From positions 11,284,001 to 11,348,000 of the forward strand of contig NW_027361898.1 in the NCBI RefSeq assembly GCF_039654945.1: 64,000 nt of DNA, written 5' to 3'. The translations under genes were made by a program, and so were the position numbers. The notes beneath the pieces were generated by a model. That model was not told where the DNA came from. It saw only the letters and a program-made list of their open reading frames with translations, and made no database searches. The DNA comes from Dendrobates tinctorius (lineage: Eukaryota). Each line of letters opens with the position of its first letter. Position 1 is the stretch's first letter. This document shows, in pieces, positions 37,596 through 51,835 of the stretch.

Positions 37596-38450
37596 TTAAG
37601 AAGCTACTCACCAGCTGTGTGTCCATTTCTGGGACACGGTCTTGCTCTGCCCTTATTCACATAACTATGACACAGGTTTTAATATTGGAAGTTAGGACCA
37701 TCTCAAACTTGGGTACACCGTGACATTGGTAGGATGGATTTTATGCTTTTTTTAATCAAAAACTGTGTTTACTAAGTACCCTGCATTATTTATATGAGTT
37801 ATTACTTTTACTCATTTACTTATAGCAGGGTATTTTAGTTTATTGTTTTTGTTTCTGTCTTGGGTCATATCAGAATTATGAGCTATAGACATGTATCACT
37901 GATAATCATAATGATTTATTATGGTTTTCCAGTGTGTCCATAAAAATATTGTCTGGCCATGTATTTTTGATAAGCTATCCAGAAAATGTAGAAATTCAAA
38001 TCTGCAACCATGACTGTGCTCACATCAGAACCTGCAGCTACGTACTAAGCTAATTTATGTATCTCAAAATACAGACAGATGGATAGAGATACCAGGTGTA
38101 GGGAAGTTGTAAATGTAGTGACCTGAAAAAAATGTCCTAAAAACAAAAATTAAAGTTGAAAATTTTTATTAAAAACACAATGTGTTTAGGTTTTAGCCAG
38201 CCTTCTTCACGTGAAAAAGTTGAGGAAGGCTGCATATAGCAGAAACGCCTTATTTTTGTTTGTTTAATTTAAAATGTTCATTTTTGGTACATTTATTACC
38301 ATTTGCTACTGTCGTGGGAGCGCTCTACACCTGGTATCTCTACCAATCAATGCACACTGCTGGAACTCCCCTGGAGGAATTTCCAAGAGCACATCACGTA
38401 GTCTGCATGTTCTGGACTTACTTCACTCTTTGGAGCTCCTTGTTGCCTAA

Positions 38451-38820
38451 ATGCCCCGCCACATACAGCGATATCGGCAGAGGGATCGCTGATTTTGTGA
38501 CGCCACAGTGATCTCGCCAGTGTATCAGCGACCGCCCCCCCTGCCGGGTATCGCTGATCACGCTCCATCGTCCTGGGCCGTTTTTGGATCGTTGGTGTCC
38601 CGCTGGCCAGCGCGCATCGCTGCATATACCAGCGATCAGCGACGCAGGACGCTGGTTTCCAATGTAAACAGTGGGTATCTAAGAGCACGCTGGTCCTGAT
38701 CGCTGGAGGGGCTGTCTATGTGACAGCTCACCAGTGATCAGCCTAACGATGTCCCAGTGATCCCATCCATTTCGGATCGTTGGTGGGACCGCTGGGACAT
38801 CGTTATGTGTAACGGGGCCT
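38451..38820. mobile_element. Harbinger-type MITE
   Basis: TAA TSD; same family as 7501 and 44920. Confidence 0.8.
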
Positions 38821-39546
38821 TAACTCCACCAGTTATGCAATTTTCCCTATCTTTCCATTTCTTCCAATCCCTGCTAATTTACTACACTCAGAAAGTTCCA
38901 CTAAATTGCAGACATAGTCATATATACACCAGTCTCTAAGGGTCGTCTATTTTTGTTTTGCGGGAGGCAACTAAAGTACCTGATGGAACTGCAGTGAAGG
39001 GGAACATGCAAGCCCTGTGCAGATATTGTCCTGGTCAGATCCTGTCCTGATGCCATCCTACCACAGACATCAAAAAAATATGTGCCAATTAAAGGTAAAA
39101 TGGATCTGTACACTTTTACTCACAACCACTTATCTTAACAACTGTTTATAACACATGTAGACAAATAATGGACAGTTAATGAATCAATAGTTCCTGTTTC
39201 GGTACGGGGTCATCTGGACAGGGAACCCATATTATCTTGATGCTGAGGGCTTAGCAAAAGGGTCAGAATTAGTGAGGAGCAAGTATGCTCGTTACTCGAG
39301 TTTTCAGAGCATGCTCGAGTGTTCTCCGAGTATTTTGGCGTGCTCGGAGATTTAGTTTGTGTTGCTGCAGTACTCGAGTAACGAGCATACTCGCTCATCA
39401 CTAGTCAGAATGTTTTGTTTTTCGGATATTGTACCTTACCCGTTTAGTCTATGCTCATATACAGACCCCACTCTTCAACAATTAAGTGCCTTAGCTTTAT
39501 TTCTCATATTTTTATCCAACTACAGGCTTTATTTCAATTGAAAATA

Positions 39547-39757
39547 TACTGCTCAAAAAATAAAGGGAACACTAGACACTCTTACTGAGCAGACACATGG
39601 ATGTTAGTTACCTTCCTATCATTTCTACCTGTTGTTTATTCCATTGGGGCAACAGCAGGAGAAATTGAATCACAATCTGTGTTGATTTCACAGAAGTGTG
39701 ACTGACTTGGAGTTACATTTTGTTGCTTAAGTGTTCCCTTTATTTTTTTGAGCAGTG
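39547..39757. mobile_element. Tc1-type deletion derivative (MITE)
   Basis: TA|TACTGCTCAAAAAATAAAGGGAACACT ... AGTGTTCCCTTTATTTTTTTGAGCAGTG|TA. Confidence 0.88.
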
Positions 39758-40569
39758 TATATACTTTTTTTCATAAAAGTATTTATATATGGAATGAACC
39801 GAATAAAAGTTACTGTATATTTAATTCTTTTGATGTAATTCCACCAAAGTACTTGCAGTATACAAAGAGCTCTGAACTTCTCCATAGACCCCAAAATTTG
39901 ATCATTGTCTAAGAGGAGTTGTTTCAGATTGGTATTATAATGCAGGCAGGACAGACCTTCATCCTATGGGATCTGTTTGAGATGTCATGTTGTTTCTCAG
40001 GGTTATGTCTCTTAGGTCTTGCTCACCCTACCAATGTTATTTGAGGCCGCAGTGCTGATGACTGTTTTTTTTTTTTTCACTGACAGAATGCCTGTGAAAA
40101 AATTGTCAGCATGCTATGATTTCACTCTAAAATCATATGGGTGTGAGAAAACAAAAATCCGATGCCCTACGGAATCACAGTACAGCATTCGGTTTTTACG
40201 GGTACATTCCATTTCAGCAGCACAGGAAACTGTAAATGGTCCAGTAAATGACAGCTGCTGAGTAAGAAAAAAACGGATTGTATACGGACTTAACACGGAT
40301 GACAATTGATAAAAAAGAATTGCCTCACTTTGCTAAATGAAAATCAGACTTTCTTTTTTTCATACGCTCGAGTTACCCCAGTCTAACTTGTATTGTGTAG
40401 ATGAAAGAGCACTATTATTTTTGTTAAGTAGACTCTCATAGAAAACATGAAAAAGCCTCCCTGTGCTTCCATGTACAATCAGAGTTAACAGAATTCTATG
40501 GAAACCGTAATATGAACCTGTACCAGCTGAATGTAAGAAAGATATTGACTACTGCCAGGTGTGACACAT

Positions 40570-42270
40570 TGAAATGGACGGATCACTCAGGATGCAGCGA
40601 TGACACCGGAATTAATTAGGGGAACAGCTATGGGCAAATCAACAATGAAATCACTGGACAAGGTCTTTAAATTAAGGAACATTTTACTTACAATGAAGAC
40701 ATGGATCGTGCATAGTTTGATCTTTTCTGCAATACTATATGGATGTAAAACCTGGACGACAAAGAAACAAGACAGAAGAAATATCAACTCCTTCAAAATG
40801 TGGTGCAGGAGAAAGAAGTTATCAATACCATGGATGGTAAGAAGAAGAACAAACAAATCAATCTTGGAATAAATGAAGCCAGACAAGTCACTTGAAGCAA
40901 GGATCACTAATGTACGACTTGCCTACTTTGGACACAAGAGAGCGATTACTGGAGAAGTACATTGGATAGCCCGCCAGGGCACTGGGGATACTCGGTACCG
41001 GGCCGGTTCTTAAAGGGGATGTGTCACAGCAGCGGTGACCCTGTCCGTGGCCCTGGGCACCCAACTAAATGGATATTTACAAGGGAATAATAAAGTTTGT
41101 AATAAAGTTTATGATAAAGTGTTCGTGACACCACCTGTGGTTTCTGGTCAGAGGTGAGCAGCCCTGCAGGGCAGATCCTCTGAGACGGATGGTAATGCAG
41201 CTGAGTTGGAACAGCTCTCCACAGGCAGAGTTTTGTCCCAGGGCAGTTATAATAGGAAAGATATTGTATTTGATGATGGTAGATGTAGCAGAGTTGAGTA
41301 GGTGACGCAAGAATAATTAGAGGGCACAGCTGGGTGCAGTTCCAAAGGTTTACTCACTGTTCTTATGTACCCGGGTGCCCGCTTGGTGCTGCGTCCTCCA
41401 GGTGAGGACTCCAGCAATCTCTCAGGTAGATCAGGATTCACCTTTCCAGGACTCCTTTCTGTATCTGCCTTTCTTGGCTGTCTCACTGTGTTGGCGTACC
41501 GCCTCTCCTGCCCAACACCTCTCTGTCAGTGTTCCAGGCCAGCAGCCGCGGACCTTGTCAGGTAACGTCCTCTTTGTGTTCCCTTGCTCCCTTATGGCTG
41601 CCTTTCCGGTGAAGATAACTGTGGCTTGTGGCTGAAACACCTACAGGTGCCTCTGCCACCGGCTTGCTAGTTTACTCTGATGATTTCTCCACTAGGCTAG
41701 GGGGCCGGTACCCCTGCGCAACCTGGTCTCTCCAATACTGGAAGAGGCCCCATGGGTGGCATCTGCACTTCCCGTGCCCCTAAGATCCCTTCTGTTCTCC
41801 AAAAGCTTCTTTCTGTCTCTTTCTCTAAGACACCCAGGGAGCTGCTTGTCAGTACATCTGCTCCCTTTCCTTCCACACTCCCTTTCTGAGCTCTCTACAC
41901 TGTCCTACTTCCTGCTCTCTAAACTCCACCCACCTCCCAACCCCTTTACTACCCAGACTGGGATAACAGGAGGCCTTGCTACAGTAGTGTGTGTTGGGTG
42001 CAGATGATAGAGTCCTGAGCTGTGCGCCCTCCTTACCTGAGAATTGGGTACCACACCTCTGGCTGAGGTGCAGTACCTCTGTGGCAACTGAACCCTCAGG
42101 GGCGCCACAACATCTTGATCAGAAAAATTGAAGGAACAAGACAAAGAGGAAGACCAGCAACCTGATGGCTTGATACAATCAAGATAGTGGTGCAGAAGAC
42201 CCTGGTGTACGTATACTGTATATGCTTGCACAAGATTGATCTTCCTACAGAGCGTTCATCATGGCTAGAG
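40570..42270 (+). mobile_element. RTE-clade LINE 3' fragment (40570-40962 and 42110-42270), split by a solo LTR
   Basis: LIFSAILYGCKTWT...FKMWCRRKKLSIPW...TNKSIL, LAYFGH, then KIEGTRQRGRPAT*WLDTIK after the LTR. Confidence 0.85.
40963..42109. mobile_element. Solo LTR (Gypsy-like), 1147 bp
   Basis: TG...CA ends with 4-bp TSD ACAT at 40959-40962 and 42110-42113; interrupts the RTE coding remnant. Confidence 0.88.
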
Positions 42271-43020
42271 ATCAAATAACATGTGTAATACTGCCAAATG
42301 TATGTGTCATGATACCAGTGCTGGTGGACCGGCACTTCTGGGGTTAATGGTTTGACCTCAGTGCAGACTCTTACCTGCACACCTGGGACTTATTATGGTG
42401 GCCTCTCATTGGTTCTGGGAAAGCTTCTTATTGCCCCAGGAAGCTCCCATCCCCTGTCAGTTATACTTTCGCCCTTGGCATTGTGTGGTGACCCCTGAGT
42501 GTGTTTGTGCTGTGTTCTGGTTGCTTGATACTCTGTGTACGACTCGGTCTGTTCTCTGGATATTGCTTGTTGGATTCTGCTTGGTACCTTCTATGTCTGT
42601 TTGGTTTTGACCCCTGCTTGGCACCAACTATTCATTCTTGTCTCATCCCTGGTACTTTACTGCTATCTCTTTGTATGACCTCCATTTTGCCTGACTCTGA
42701 GTATTTCGGTATAGTGTCCTGCCATCTCTGAAAGCAGGACGCTAAGCCCCGCTCCCTTGCAGTCACATGACCGTAGGTCCTTTACTGCTTGCTAAACTAT
42801 AGCATCCACAGGTCCTGTGTATCTGTACTTTCTCGCTGTACCTGACCCCGGGCCCCCCTACAGTGTGAGTGAGTCCCTGCTCAGCGGAGGCTGCACGCTG
42901 GCGCTGGCAGGATCTGGACAGTATGTACCTAAAATAAAGTCAGAGCTTTATATATAAAAAACTTCCTTCTCACCCCCCACTGGGGGTAGTCTTTGTTGTC
43001 CTTTCTCATTATCAGGTCCT

Positions 43021-43405
43021 CTACCAGAGGCCTTGGAGTTTGAGGGTTCTGAACAGGATCTTAGTTGTTCTGAGCATTGCCCTTTTCTGGACAGAGAGCT
43101 CAGATGTTGCTCCTGGGATCTGTTGTAGCCATTCTTCCTGCTTAGGGGTCACTGCTCCAAGTGCTCCTATCACCACTGGAATCACTGTTGCCTTCAGCTT
43201 CCACATATTCTACAGTTCTCCTTTGAGACCCTGGTATTTCTTCAGCTTCTCATATTCCTTCTTTCTGATGTTGCTGTCACTTGGCACTGCCACATCTACT
43301 GTATTATTATTGCTGTCTTCTGATCCTTGTCTACTATCACAATGTCTGGTTGGTTAGCCAACACCTGCTTACCCATCTGGATTTTTAAGTCCCACAGGAT
43401 TTTTG
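43021..43405 (-). mobile_element. R4-clade (Dong/Rex6-like) non-LTR element, restriction-like endonuclease end
   Basis: KILWDL, LANQPDIV, DVAVPSDSNIRKKEYEKLKKYQGL, WKLKATVIPVVIGALGAV, VQKRAML: PD..D..K REL-endonuclease signature. Confidence 0.82.
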
Positions 43406-43556
43406 CCCTTTAATTCTCCACCTCTTTCTCTGTGGTCTCCCACATGGACTTAGGGGGCTTAGCCCATATGCCCATATGCTGTGCAGATGGTCCTGTATAC
43501 AATTCCCTGCATTGTGAGGAGCTTCCGTGTTTTCACATCTATATATAAAGTATGTA

Positions 43557-43625
43557 CAGTGCCTTGTGAAAGTATTCAGCTCCCTGGAACTTTTCAACCT
43601 TTTCCCACATATCATGCTTCAATTT
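43557..43625. mobile_element. Tc1 TIR fragment
   Basis: TA|CAGTGCCTTGTGAAAGTATTCAGC start typical of Tc1 elements; no partner TIR seen. Confidence 0.65.
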
Positions 43626-44919
43626 TTGTGGAAATTCAAAAACTGAAAAGTGTGGCACAAATATCAGTTTTGTAGAGTACTATTGTCAGAAAAATCTAAA
43701 AATAGCAGTAACATGGGTAGTTGAATCAATGGAAGTGGAGACCTGATGGTCTCGGAGGCCTACTGCTACAGGGAACATGTATGAAGGAGACCCAACCAGG
43801 CAGACACCACTGAAGTGGCATCAATTTCACAAGATTAAAAATAGTATAAAAGGGACCGACATGTCTTCCACTACAGCCTACCCAGCAGATGTAGACCCAA
43901 TCAGGAGTCTTTATCCCTGTGTAAGAGGGCAATTTTGCCAATAATTAATTTTGTGCCCCTAAACACCTTATATCGGGAACCCAGTGTGTGTGCATGGGGT
44001 CGTGATTTTGTTAGAGACACCTTCAGGTTTAGTTCTGTCACAATTTTGTATGGCACTGGACTTTAACTTCACATTGAAGAAAATAGGTGGTTTTGCAAAA
44101 ATATAGTTTTGTTTAATGAGGTTGAAACATATATACATTGGGTACCAGAAACAATGATGGACTTTCTCTTCTGCACAATATCGAGGCTATTCTTAGTGGT
44201 TACGGACGTCAACACATTACTTATGAAGGATGTTATATATGCATAACAGGTTATGCTGGGGGACTCCATCTTCCCAGCACAAGGCCACATGGGTCAATGT
44301 GTTACTCTGTGCCCACTGCACCCTAACTGTACTCTGTGAACGATGTAAGGGAGCTCTCACTAGCTGCCATCTTATAGATATGCTCCAGCTTGGCTGATCC
44401 TATATCCTTTCACTTCTGATCTGAAGGGCTGGCTAACCCATACATGCGCCCTGCGCTCACTTGACAATCTGTACCTTTTCCTTTTCTCTATGGTATGCGC
44501 ACAAGAATGCTGAATACACAGACCATAGGAAAAAGGAAGAGGTACAGATTGTCGAGCAAGTGCAGGGCGCATGCGTGGGATTCAGGCACCAAAATTGCAT
44601 GTCACAGGTCAGTGTGACATGCATGGGAGTGGGGTGATAGTATAATGAAGAACGGAGGCTTGGATTTCTTCCAGACATCGCATGCCCTGTAACTTAGAAG
44701 AAATCATTAACATAATGAAATAAAAGTCTATTTCTCCACATTTAGACAACAACTATGATGCATACAGGTAAGACTAGATTAACATTTCTATTACCTGTAT
44801 GCACATAGTAATAGCTGAAAAGTGTCCCAGGTGGTGACAGATTCCCTTTAATAACACAATGCACTGACAGACTTTTCATGCTTTTTCAAATGAAAAAAGT
44901 CGACCAATTATCTCGCTTA

Positions 44920-45188
44920 AGGCCCCGTCACACACAGCGATATTGCCAGCGAGATCGCTGATTTTGTGACGCCACAGCGATCTCGCCAGTTACATCGCTG
45001 TGTGTGACATGGATCAGCGACGGGCCCCCCTGCCAGGTATCGCTGATCATGCAGGATCGTCCTGGGACGTTTTTTGATCGTTGGTCTCCCGGTGGCCAGC
45101 ACTCATCGCTGCATGTGGCAGCGAGTGACCAGCGATCAGCGACACTGGACGCTGGTTTCCAATGTAAACAGCGGGTACCTAAGGGCCT
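44920..45188. mobile_element. Harbinger-type MITE, internally deleted
   Basis: TTA flanks, AGGCCCCGTCACAC TIR, homologous to 38451-38820. Confidence 0.78.
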
Positions 45189-46399
45189 TTAGTCTTTTCT
45201 GATTGGGCCAATCTGTCTGTTAGGGCAGGGTCAGACGGCCGTATAACTCATGCGAGAATGGCATGGCACTGCACACACTGGCCTGGCATCTCTCCTGACC
45301 TGAGCAAGACAGCATGATGGATTACTATGCAGCTGTCAAGCTCAGGTCAGGAGAGCCGACAGCCAGTACAAGTTTTACGATGCGATTTTGGCCCGAGTTA
45401 TACCATCATCTGCCCTTACTGTCAGTAATTCCAGGAGAATTACTGAAATTTCCTGCACAAGGTCCCACTAAGAATTCCCTTGCTTAGGCATGTGGACTAA
45501 GCCAAACCTAATTTAACTATGCATTTTATAAATGATGCATGCATGGTCTTGGATTTGATGATGGTCATCCAATCTTGTGAAACTGTCTATCCTATAAACT
45601 TGATATGTTGCTCTCTGTGTCTACCATTGTGTCATGACCATGTGAAACAATATGAACCTATTCAATATGTATGGTATTTAATCCGTCAGTCTTATTGAGG
45701 GCGTGGCGTGTAGGAATAAGATGCACCAAATTCATTAAAAGGCGCATAACGCTTTATGAATACGGCTCATTTTATTACTGCCACATGGGAGACACAGACA
45801 GAAGAAGGTCACTGTGCAAAAACAGTATTTGGGCCCTTTTTAGACCAATATTGTGTTTGTGACAGAAGCTGGCTTGCTAGTTTGAAGGTGGAAGTAGGCT
45901 CTACATTTTGGGCCCATGTGAGGAATTAATGTCTCTTATTAAGAAACAGTGTCTGCTCCTTTCTTCCTCAGTTTCAGAACACCATGCTCCTCCTAAAGGG
46001 TTTACACTCTCCCCCTGGTGAGTTGCTGTATCCTACCAAGCACAAAATGAAGACTCACCACCTGAAATAAAAACTTCTGGTGAAACATCCTTACTGCCAC
46101 CATGGCCAGCCACAAGCAAATCACTTACGGTCGACATCGGAGCAGAGTGGAAATACCGCCACTTACAATTGAAATGAAGGTGTACTACTCTGGGAACCTC
46201 AGTGGTTTGCCCCAATTGATCATATGTTAGCATCATGGGGGGGCCTAATGTCCTGTATGGCATGAGTGTGTAAAACAGGGACCCTCTTATTGACACTGAG
46301 CTCTCGACTTTCAAGCTCTGGCCCCATGACAATGATTTCTTCTCCAGGCTCTTCTGCTTCTCTAAACTCTCTCCCAAGCTGGTGAAGGCATGGGCTTGA

Positions 46400-49300
46400 A
46401 ACTGGAACACACTCTTCTTCATAATCATCTTTAACTGACTAATCTCTATAGTCTTTGGCTACAGAGCATGGGTTGTCTATCATTCACTAGTATAGCCCAA
46501 ATTCATTACTTGATGCACTCTCAGTACCTTCAGGAATGAACACCGGCCAATTGTCAATGCCAAAGAATCCTACAGGAAGATTGGTTGGCTGCTTTGGGGG
46601 CACTGCAGCCTGATGTTCTGCCTTACAGGCAGCAAATTCTGATGATACATCTTGACACTTCCACCTTCTTTTCCAGGCCTCACTCTGTAGACTGGTATAT
46701 CAGACAGCTTATCTACCACCACATAGGGTTTTTAATGCCATAGGTCAGCAAGCTTGTATTTTCCATGAAAGCCCAACTGATGAATGAGGAATCTATCTTC
46801 TGGCTGCAAACTTGGTCTCGGACTCTGCAGTCATAACGAGTATGTTTCTACTCTACGATTGACCACAGGCCTGATTGGCCATTCTATAGGCCTCTTTTAA
46901 TTCTTCCTTTCACTGTGACACATACTTCAGGTAGTTCTTCCCAGATGAATGATACAGGGATACTTCAAAACTAATATCCATTGGTTGTTTGTATTCTCTT
47001 CCAAATATGAGGAAGTAGGGTGAGTACTCATGGGACTCCGTTTTGGTACAGTTGTAGGCATGGATTAATTGACTTGAATGTCGGCTCTTACACCATTTCT
47101 GTTTTAGATCCATAGTGCCCAACATGTTAAGGAAGGTATACTTGAACCTTTATGGTTGAGGGTCTCCTTGAGTATGAAACAGTGTGGTTATTGACTTCTT
47201 GATCACAGAAACCTCACAGAACTCCTTAGTTAGCCAACTCTTGAAGTCTCTTCCTTGGTCACAATAGATGTGTGCTCACAACCCATAATGCACAAAGAAT
47301 TTCTCCCACAATGTTTTGGCTCCAATGGTTGCCTTCTAGTCTTTGGTGGTGTAATCACGAGCACATCTTGTGAAATGATCAGGGACCACTACAACATTGC
47401 CTATATTTCCTTCATCAGACTCACTTGAAAGGAAGTTGATGCACACTACATCAAGTGGGCAATCAATGAATGATGTTGACAAGGGGGCTGAGTGAGAAAG
47501 CAGAGTTTTCCTCAGGACACACTGCACAAGATTTACAGTAATGCTCAATGTCAGCTTCCATACTTGGCCTGTGAAACCAATCTGCAATGACTGGTGGACT
47601 TCTCAACACCAAGGTTCCCATGGTCATCATGCAGCACCCTCATGACCATCTGAATGGGAAACACTAACTTTCTACAAACTTCCCTGTTTTGACGCTTGAT
47701 CTCTTGGTACAGCAATCCATTTTTTACAGGAGTCTAACTGTCGGGTCAACAAGACAGAATCTTCAGTCCTCAATGCATTCTGCTCAAGTTTCTTTTCAAC
47801 CACCATCAAACAGCCCCCACAGAAGGATCTTCCTGCTGGATGTTTTAAATCTGATTTTGAGTCATTTGAGGCAGGAAGCTGGCATCTACCTTAGTCAACT
47901 AAACTCTTAAGACAGTAGCACAGACCCTGGATCAAACAGTCTCTTGATTTTGATGACACAAAGATTTCACCTCTGGGGCTGGGACCTCATTCCAGGCTTT
48001 TTCTTAATCTTTAAACATCTGCATGAGCAAGTGGGACAGAGCATTGTCATCAATGCTAGTAGAGCACAGTCAGGATCTTGAGTTGAAATCATATACTGTA
48101 TAGTACAGTGGGCAATAGATGGCCAGCAGCATCAATTTTTGCTGTGGTCCTAACTTAGGTCAGCAGATTGTTGTCAGTGTGAATTTGGAAATGCACCCCC
48201 CATAAAGGTAGTCATGCAGCTTGTTTATCACAGCCCACTTCAATGTGTGGAAATCCATTTTATGTGCTGGGTAATTGTGCTCACTTGGAGTTTGTTTCTT
48301 GACTGCTGTAGTTGACTGGTCGCAGGACACCATTATGCTCCTGGTACAGGACTGCTCCAAGTCGCTCAAAAGAAGCATCCACATGAAGTACATATAGTTT
48401 GTTGGGGTTCACATATGTCAACAATGGCGCCTATGTCAAGTAGGACTTGAGTTTCTCAAAGGCCTCATGACGCACTGTTGTCCATCTTTCTCCAAAGGGC
48501 TCAACTACCTTGAAGTAGGCCTTCATTTCAGGTTTCTTTGAGCAAGTTTCCACTTGCAGAGGGGAATATCATTGTGTGAGGGTAGTCATTGGCTTCGTAA
48601 TTTTAGAATATTGTGGTACAAATCTTCTGTAGTACATGCAGAAGCCTAGAAAAGATCTGAGCTTTTCCAGTTTGGTGGGTTTGGGCCACTCAACCACAGC
48701 TTCTACTTTGGCTGGGTCTGTAGAGATCTCTTCCTGGTTAACAATGTGGCCTACAGGTGTCCTGGCACTTGTCACAGGATAGTTTTATTCCAGCTTCTTC
48801 TAGCCGGTTCAACACCTTCAATAACCTCTGGTTGTGCTCTACCCAGATGAACCCAAATACAATAAGACCATCTAGGCAGTTCATGTCTCCCACCACTTTA
48901 TGTATACACCTCTGGAGGATAGCAGAGGCACCAGTCACTCTCTAAGGCATCCTCTGGAATTGGTAGAACCTAGTAAGACAAATGGAAAGCGGTCTTCTCT
49001 TGATCCTCCTTGGTCATGAGTACCCACTTTGGAGATCTAACACAGAAAGCCACTGGCTGCCTTGCAGGCAATCTAAGGCTTCATCAATCCTAGGCATGAA
49101 ATACTAGTAGGGTACTGTTAATCCACACACATCCTGAGAGCCCCATTTTTCTTCCAAGCAGCCACAATGGGAGATGCGTATGGGTTATTGGATTATATGA
49201 CGCCAGTGTCTGGCAAGCCCCATAAGTGCCATCTGACATCCTCCACATCTGCGGGAGCCAATCGTTGGGATCTCTCTCAGAATGGCTTTTCATCAGTCAG

Positions 49301-51090
49301 CCAGATGTGGTGCTCAACTCCTTTTGTGAGGCCCAAGTCCCAATGAGAAGGCTCTGACACGTTTCAGCATACCCCTTATTACTGACTGTTTTTCCTTCTC
49401 GTTGAAGTCACTACCTTCAAAACAGGGGTCAAAATGTTCAGAATGTAGTTCCCTCCCTTTCTCTTCCTATTTCTTTTTGTATGCAGCCAGAAAGATAAAA
49501 TGAATTGTGATGGTCTGCAAATATCTATCACCTCCAACTTCTCGACACCACTGACCCAGAGAATGGAAAAGGTCAGCATTCCTCCCCACTATAACAAGCA
49601 CTGTTCCCCGGTCTTCGTCTACCTATGGACAGACTAATGCTGTGATGGGTAGCATTCTCTTCACCCCAACGATGGTTTTTGGAAACTGTAGCGTGGCAAA
49701 TGCATATCCTCTGTAGGGGTAAAATATAACCCTTGTGACTGTTCACAAGGGTGATGTTCGTCAATATCATTTTTTAATCCTTGAATAAAAGATATATTTT
49801 ATCCATTGCTAATTTGGATTTACATCTTGGATACAAATCCTGCTACTATATTATACCTCTGTAGGGGTAACTGCTTTCAGGCTATGTGCCCACGTTAGCG
49901 TTTTTAAACGCTCAGGAAACTGATCTCCTTCCCAGAAAACGCGTGTCTTTTTTCCGCGCGTTTTTTGCGCATTTTTTGCACAAAAGACGCACGTTTTTTA
50001 TGTGTTTTTTGACGCACGTTTTCTGGGAACATTGGGGAAGGCTAAAAATGCTCAGCAATGCGGAAATTAATGAGCATGCTGCGTTTTTAGCCACTAAGCA
50101 ATTCCTGAGTGTTTAAAAACGCATGCATTGGTACAAAAAGCCAAAAACGCAAGCAAATTAATTTGAAACTTCTTTTAAGCGTTTCTGCAGCATCTGAGCC
50201 GGCACAAACGCTGCGGAAACGCTTAAAAAACGCAACGTGGGCACACAGCCTCACTGTGTCCCCAGACGACAAATCCAGATAGGGATTGCAGGTTCATGTC
50301 CAACAAATATTTTTTGTACCTTTTCTTAAAAGTGACACTTGAGATGCACTATCCAGCAGCACAGTGCAAGATTGGCCTTTGATACAGGCTAGTAAATGTA
50401 GCGTTGGTCCCACAAGATGATTTTGTGCGGGCCAGTACGGAACTCTACTAAACCCCCTTCCCCTGTATGCCATCTGCCCTTTCTTAGGATGAGAGAATTT
50501 CAGAGATTTCTTTGAGCTTCAGCTCTTTGGGCACTGGGGAGCTACATTATGGGCAGTTCAAAAGACTCTCCCGATTTTGTATTTTCCACCCAACTCTGGT
50601 CATCGCTCGTCAATTTCAAAGATTGTGGTCGGCTCTTGAAGCTGGACTCAACAATTTGTGTCATTTTCACAATCTCCATAGCCAGGGCACTTAGACATTT
50701 GGCAATTTTGTTCCCCTTGCTTCTCACTGACATTCAGGAATTTCCCCTCTTGATTGGTCACTTGGCTGCCAGGATGGTTTCCTTTTGTCGTACTTCCTTA
50801 AGCAGCAGATGGAAAAAACACGGGACCTGCTCTTTATCACAAAACCTCAGTCATGGGACCATGAGTCAGGGCTCCTCTTAGTACTTGATCCAGAAAACAC
50901 TCATCACCTTGTCTGGGACTAAGTTTGCCCTTGGATACTATTCTATGCACCAGCTTATCCAGTCCATATAATTAATCTGACATCTTTTCATCAGAGTCAT
51001 GGTAAGTGGTGCCAAGTTTCTAAAGAAGATGTGTGTCATAGAAGGACCTTTTAGACGCTCTACAATTCCTTGTTTCTTTACAGCATCAGT
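46400..51090 (-). mobile_element. Heavily decayed Gypsy/Ty3 internal region (gag-PR-RT-RNaseH-IN)
   Basis: In order on the minus strand: protease LLDSASQVS (about 50350), RT ISTDPAKVEAVVEWPKP..LRSFLGFCMYYRRFV, RNase H EHNYPAHK..LKWAV..LHDYLYG, integrase DHFTR, AYNCT..YSPYFLIFGRE. Many stops and frameshifts; no flanking LTRs recognised. Confidence 0.88.
49880..50250. mobile_element. Harbinger-type MITE nested in the Gypsy element
   Basis: TCA|GGCTATGTGCCCACGTT ... AACGTGGGCACACAGCC|TCA. Confidence 0.85.
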
Positions 51091-51835
51091 GCACACGATT
51101 CAAGGTTTTGGTGCACAGATAAAAATGTTTTTTTTTCTATCTTGAGCTGTTTTTGCGATTTCTCAGGGCAAAATATCAAACGATTTGCAAAATGTGGTAA
51201 ATCTTGCCTAAAAATATAGATGTGCTCAAAAATAGACTAGGAGGGTGACTGGAGTTGAGTTGTGTCAAATTTTGTATCTTTTTAAAAAGTCTCAATTGAT
51301 AAATCAGGCGAAAATATCTAGAATTACTAAACTCTGCCCACAAAATGGAAAATGAAAAAAAAAACATGCGAACATTATAAAACAGACTTAAAAAACGTGC
51401 AAATAGAATTGAGTGCAAACAAAAAAGGCGCAAAACACACAAAGCTAGACGAAAAAACAGATGTAACCGTAATGATGAAGTGGGTTTTTTTTACTTCTTC
51501 TGACCTTTTTTTGGGCCATTTTCTATGAGTCTTCGAAGTTGGAACCAAAGTCACATGTTTTGGAATCTGTTTAAAAGGGTGGTCCAAAGTAAAACTAAAT
51601 TTCAGTGTAATTCCCTATCTATGTCATGCTGTAATGTAAGCAATTTTCTAATATAATAGTAAAAAAAATTCTCAGGTACAAGAAGCATAGCCCCAGAAAG
51701 GAGCGCCACTGATGATGCTTCATTTCAGGCAGGGGGAAGGGGCTGTGACAGTGACTGCAGCCTCTTCCCCCTGCTTTGAGGATCCTTTGTTTGAGTTTCC
51801 CAGGGAATAGGGGAAGAAATAGTATAGCTGTTAGC

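Noticed and set aside
42305-42725. Third solo LTR
   Set aside because: Starts TGTCATG and has LTR-like composition, but I could not find a matching CA end with a TSD.
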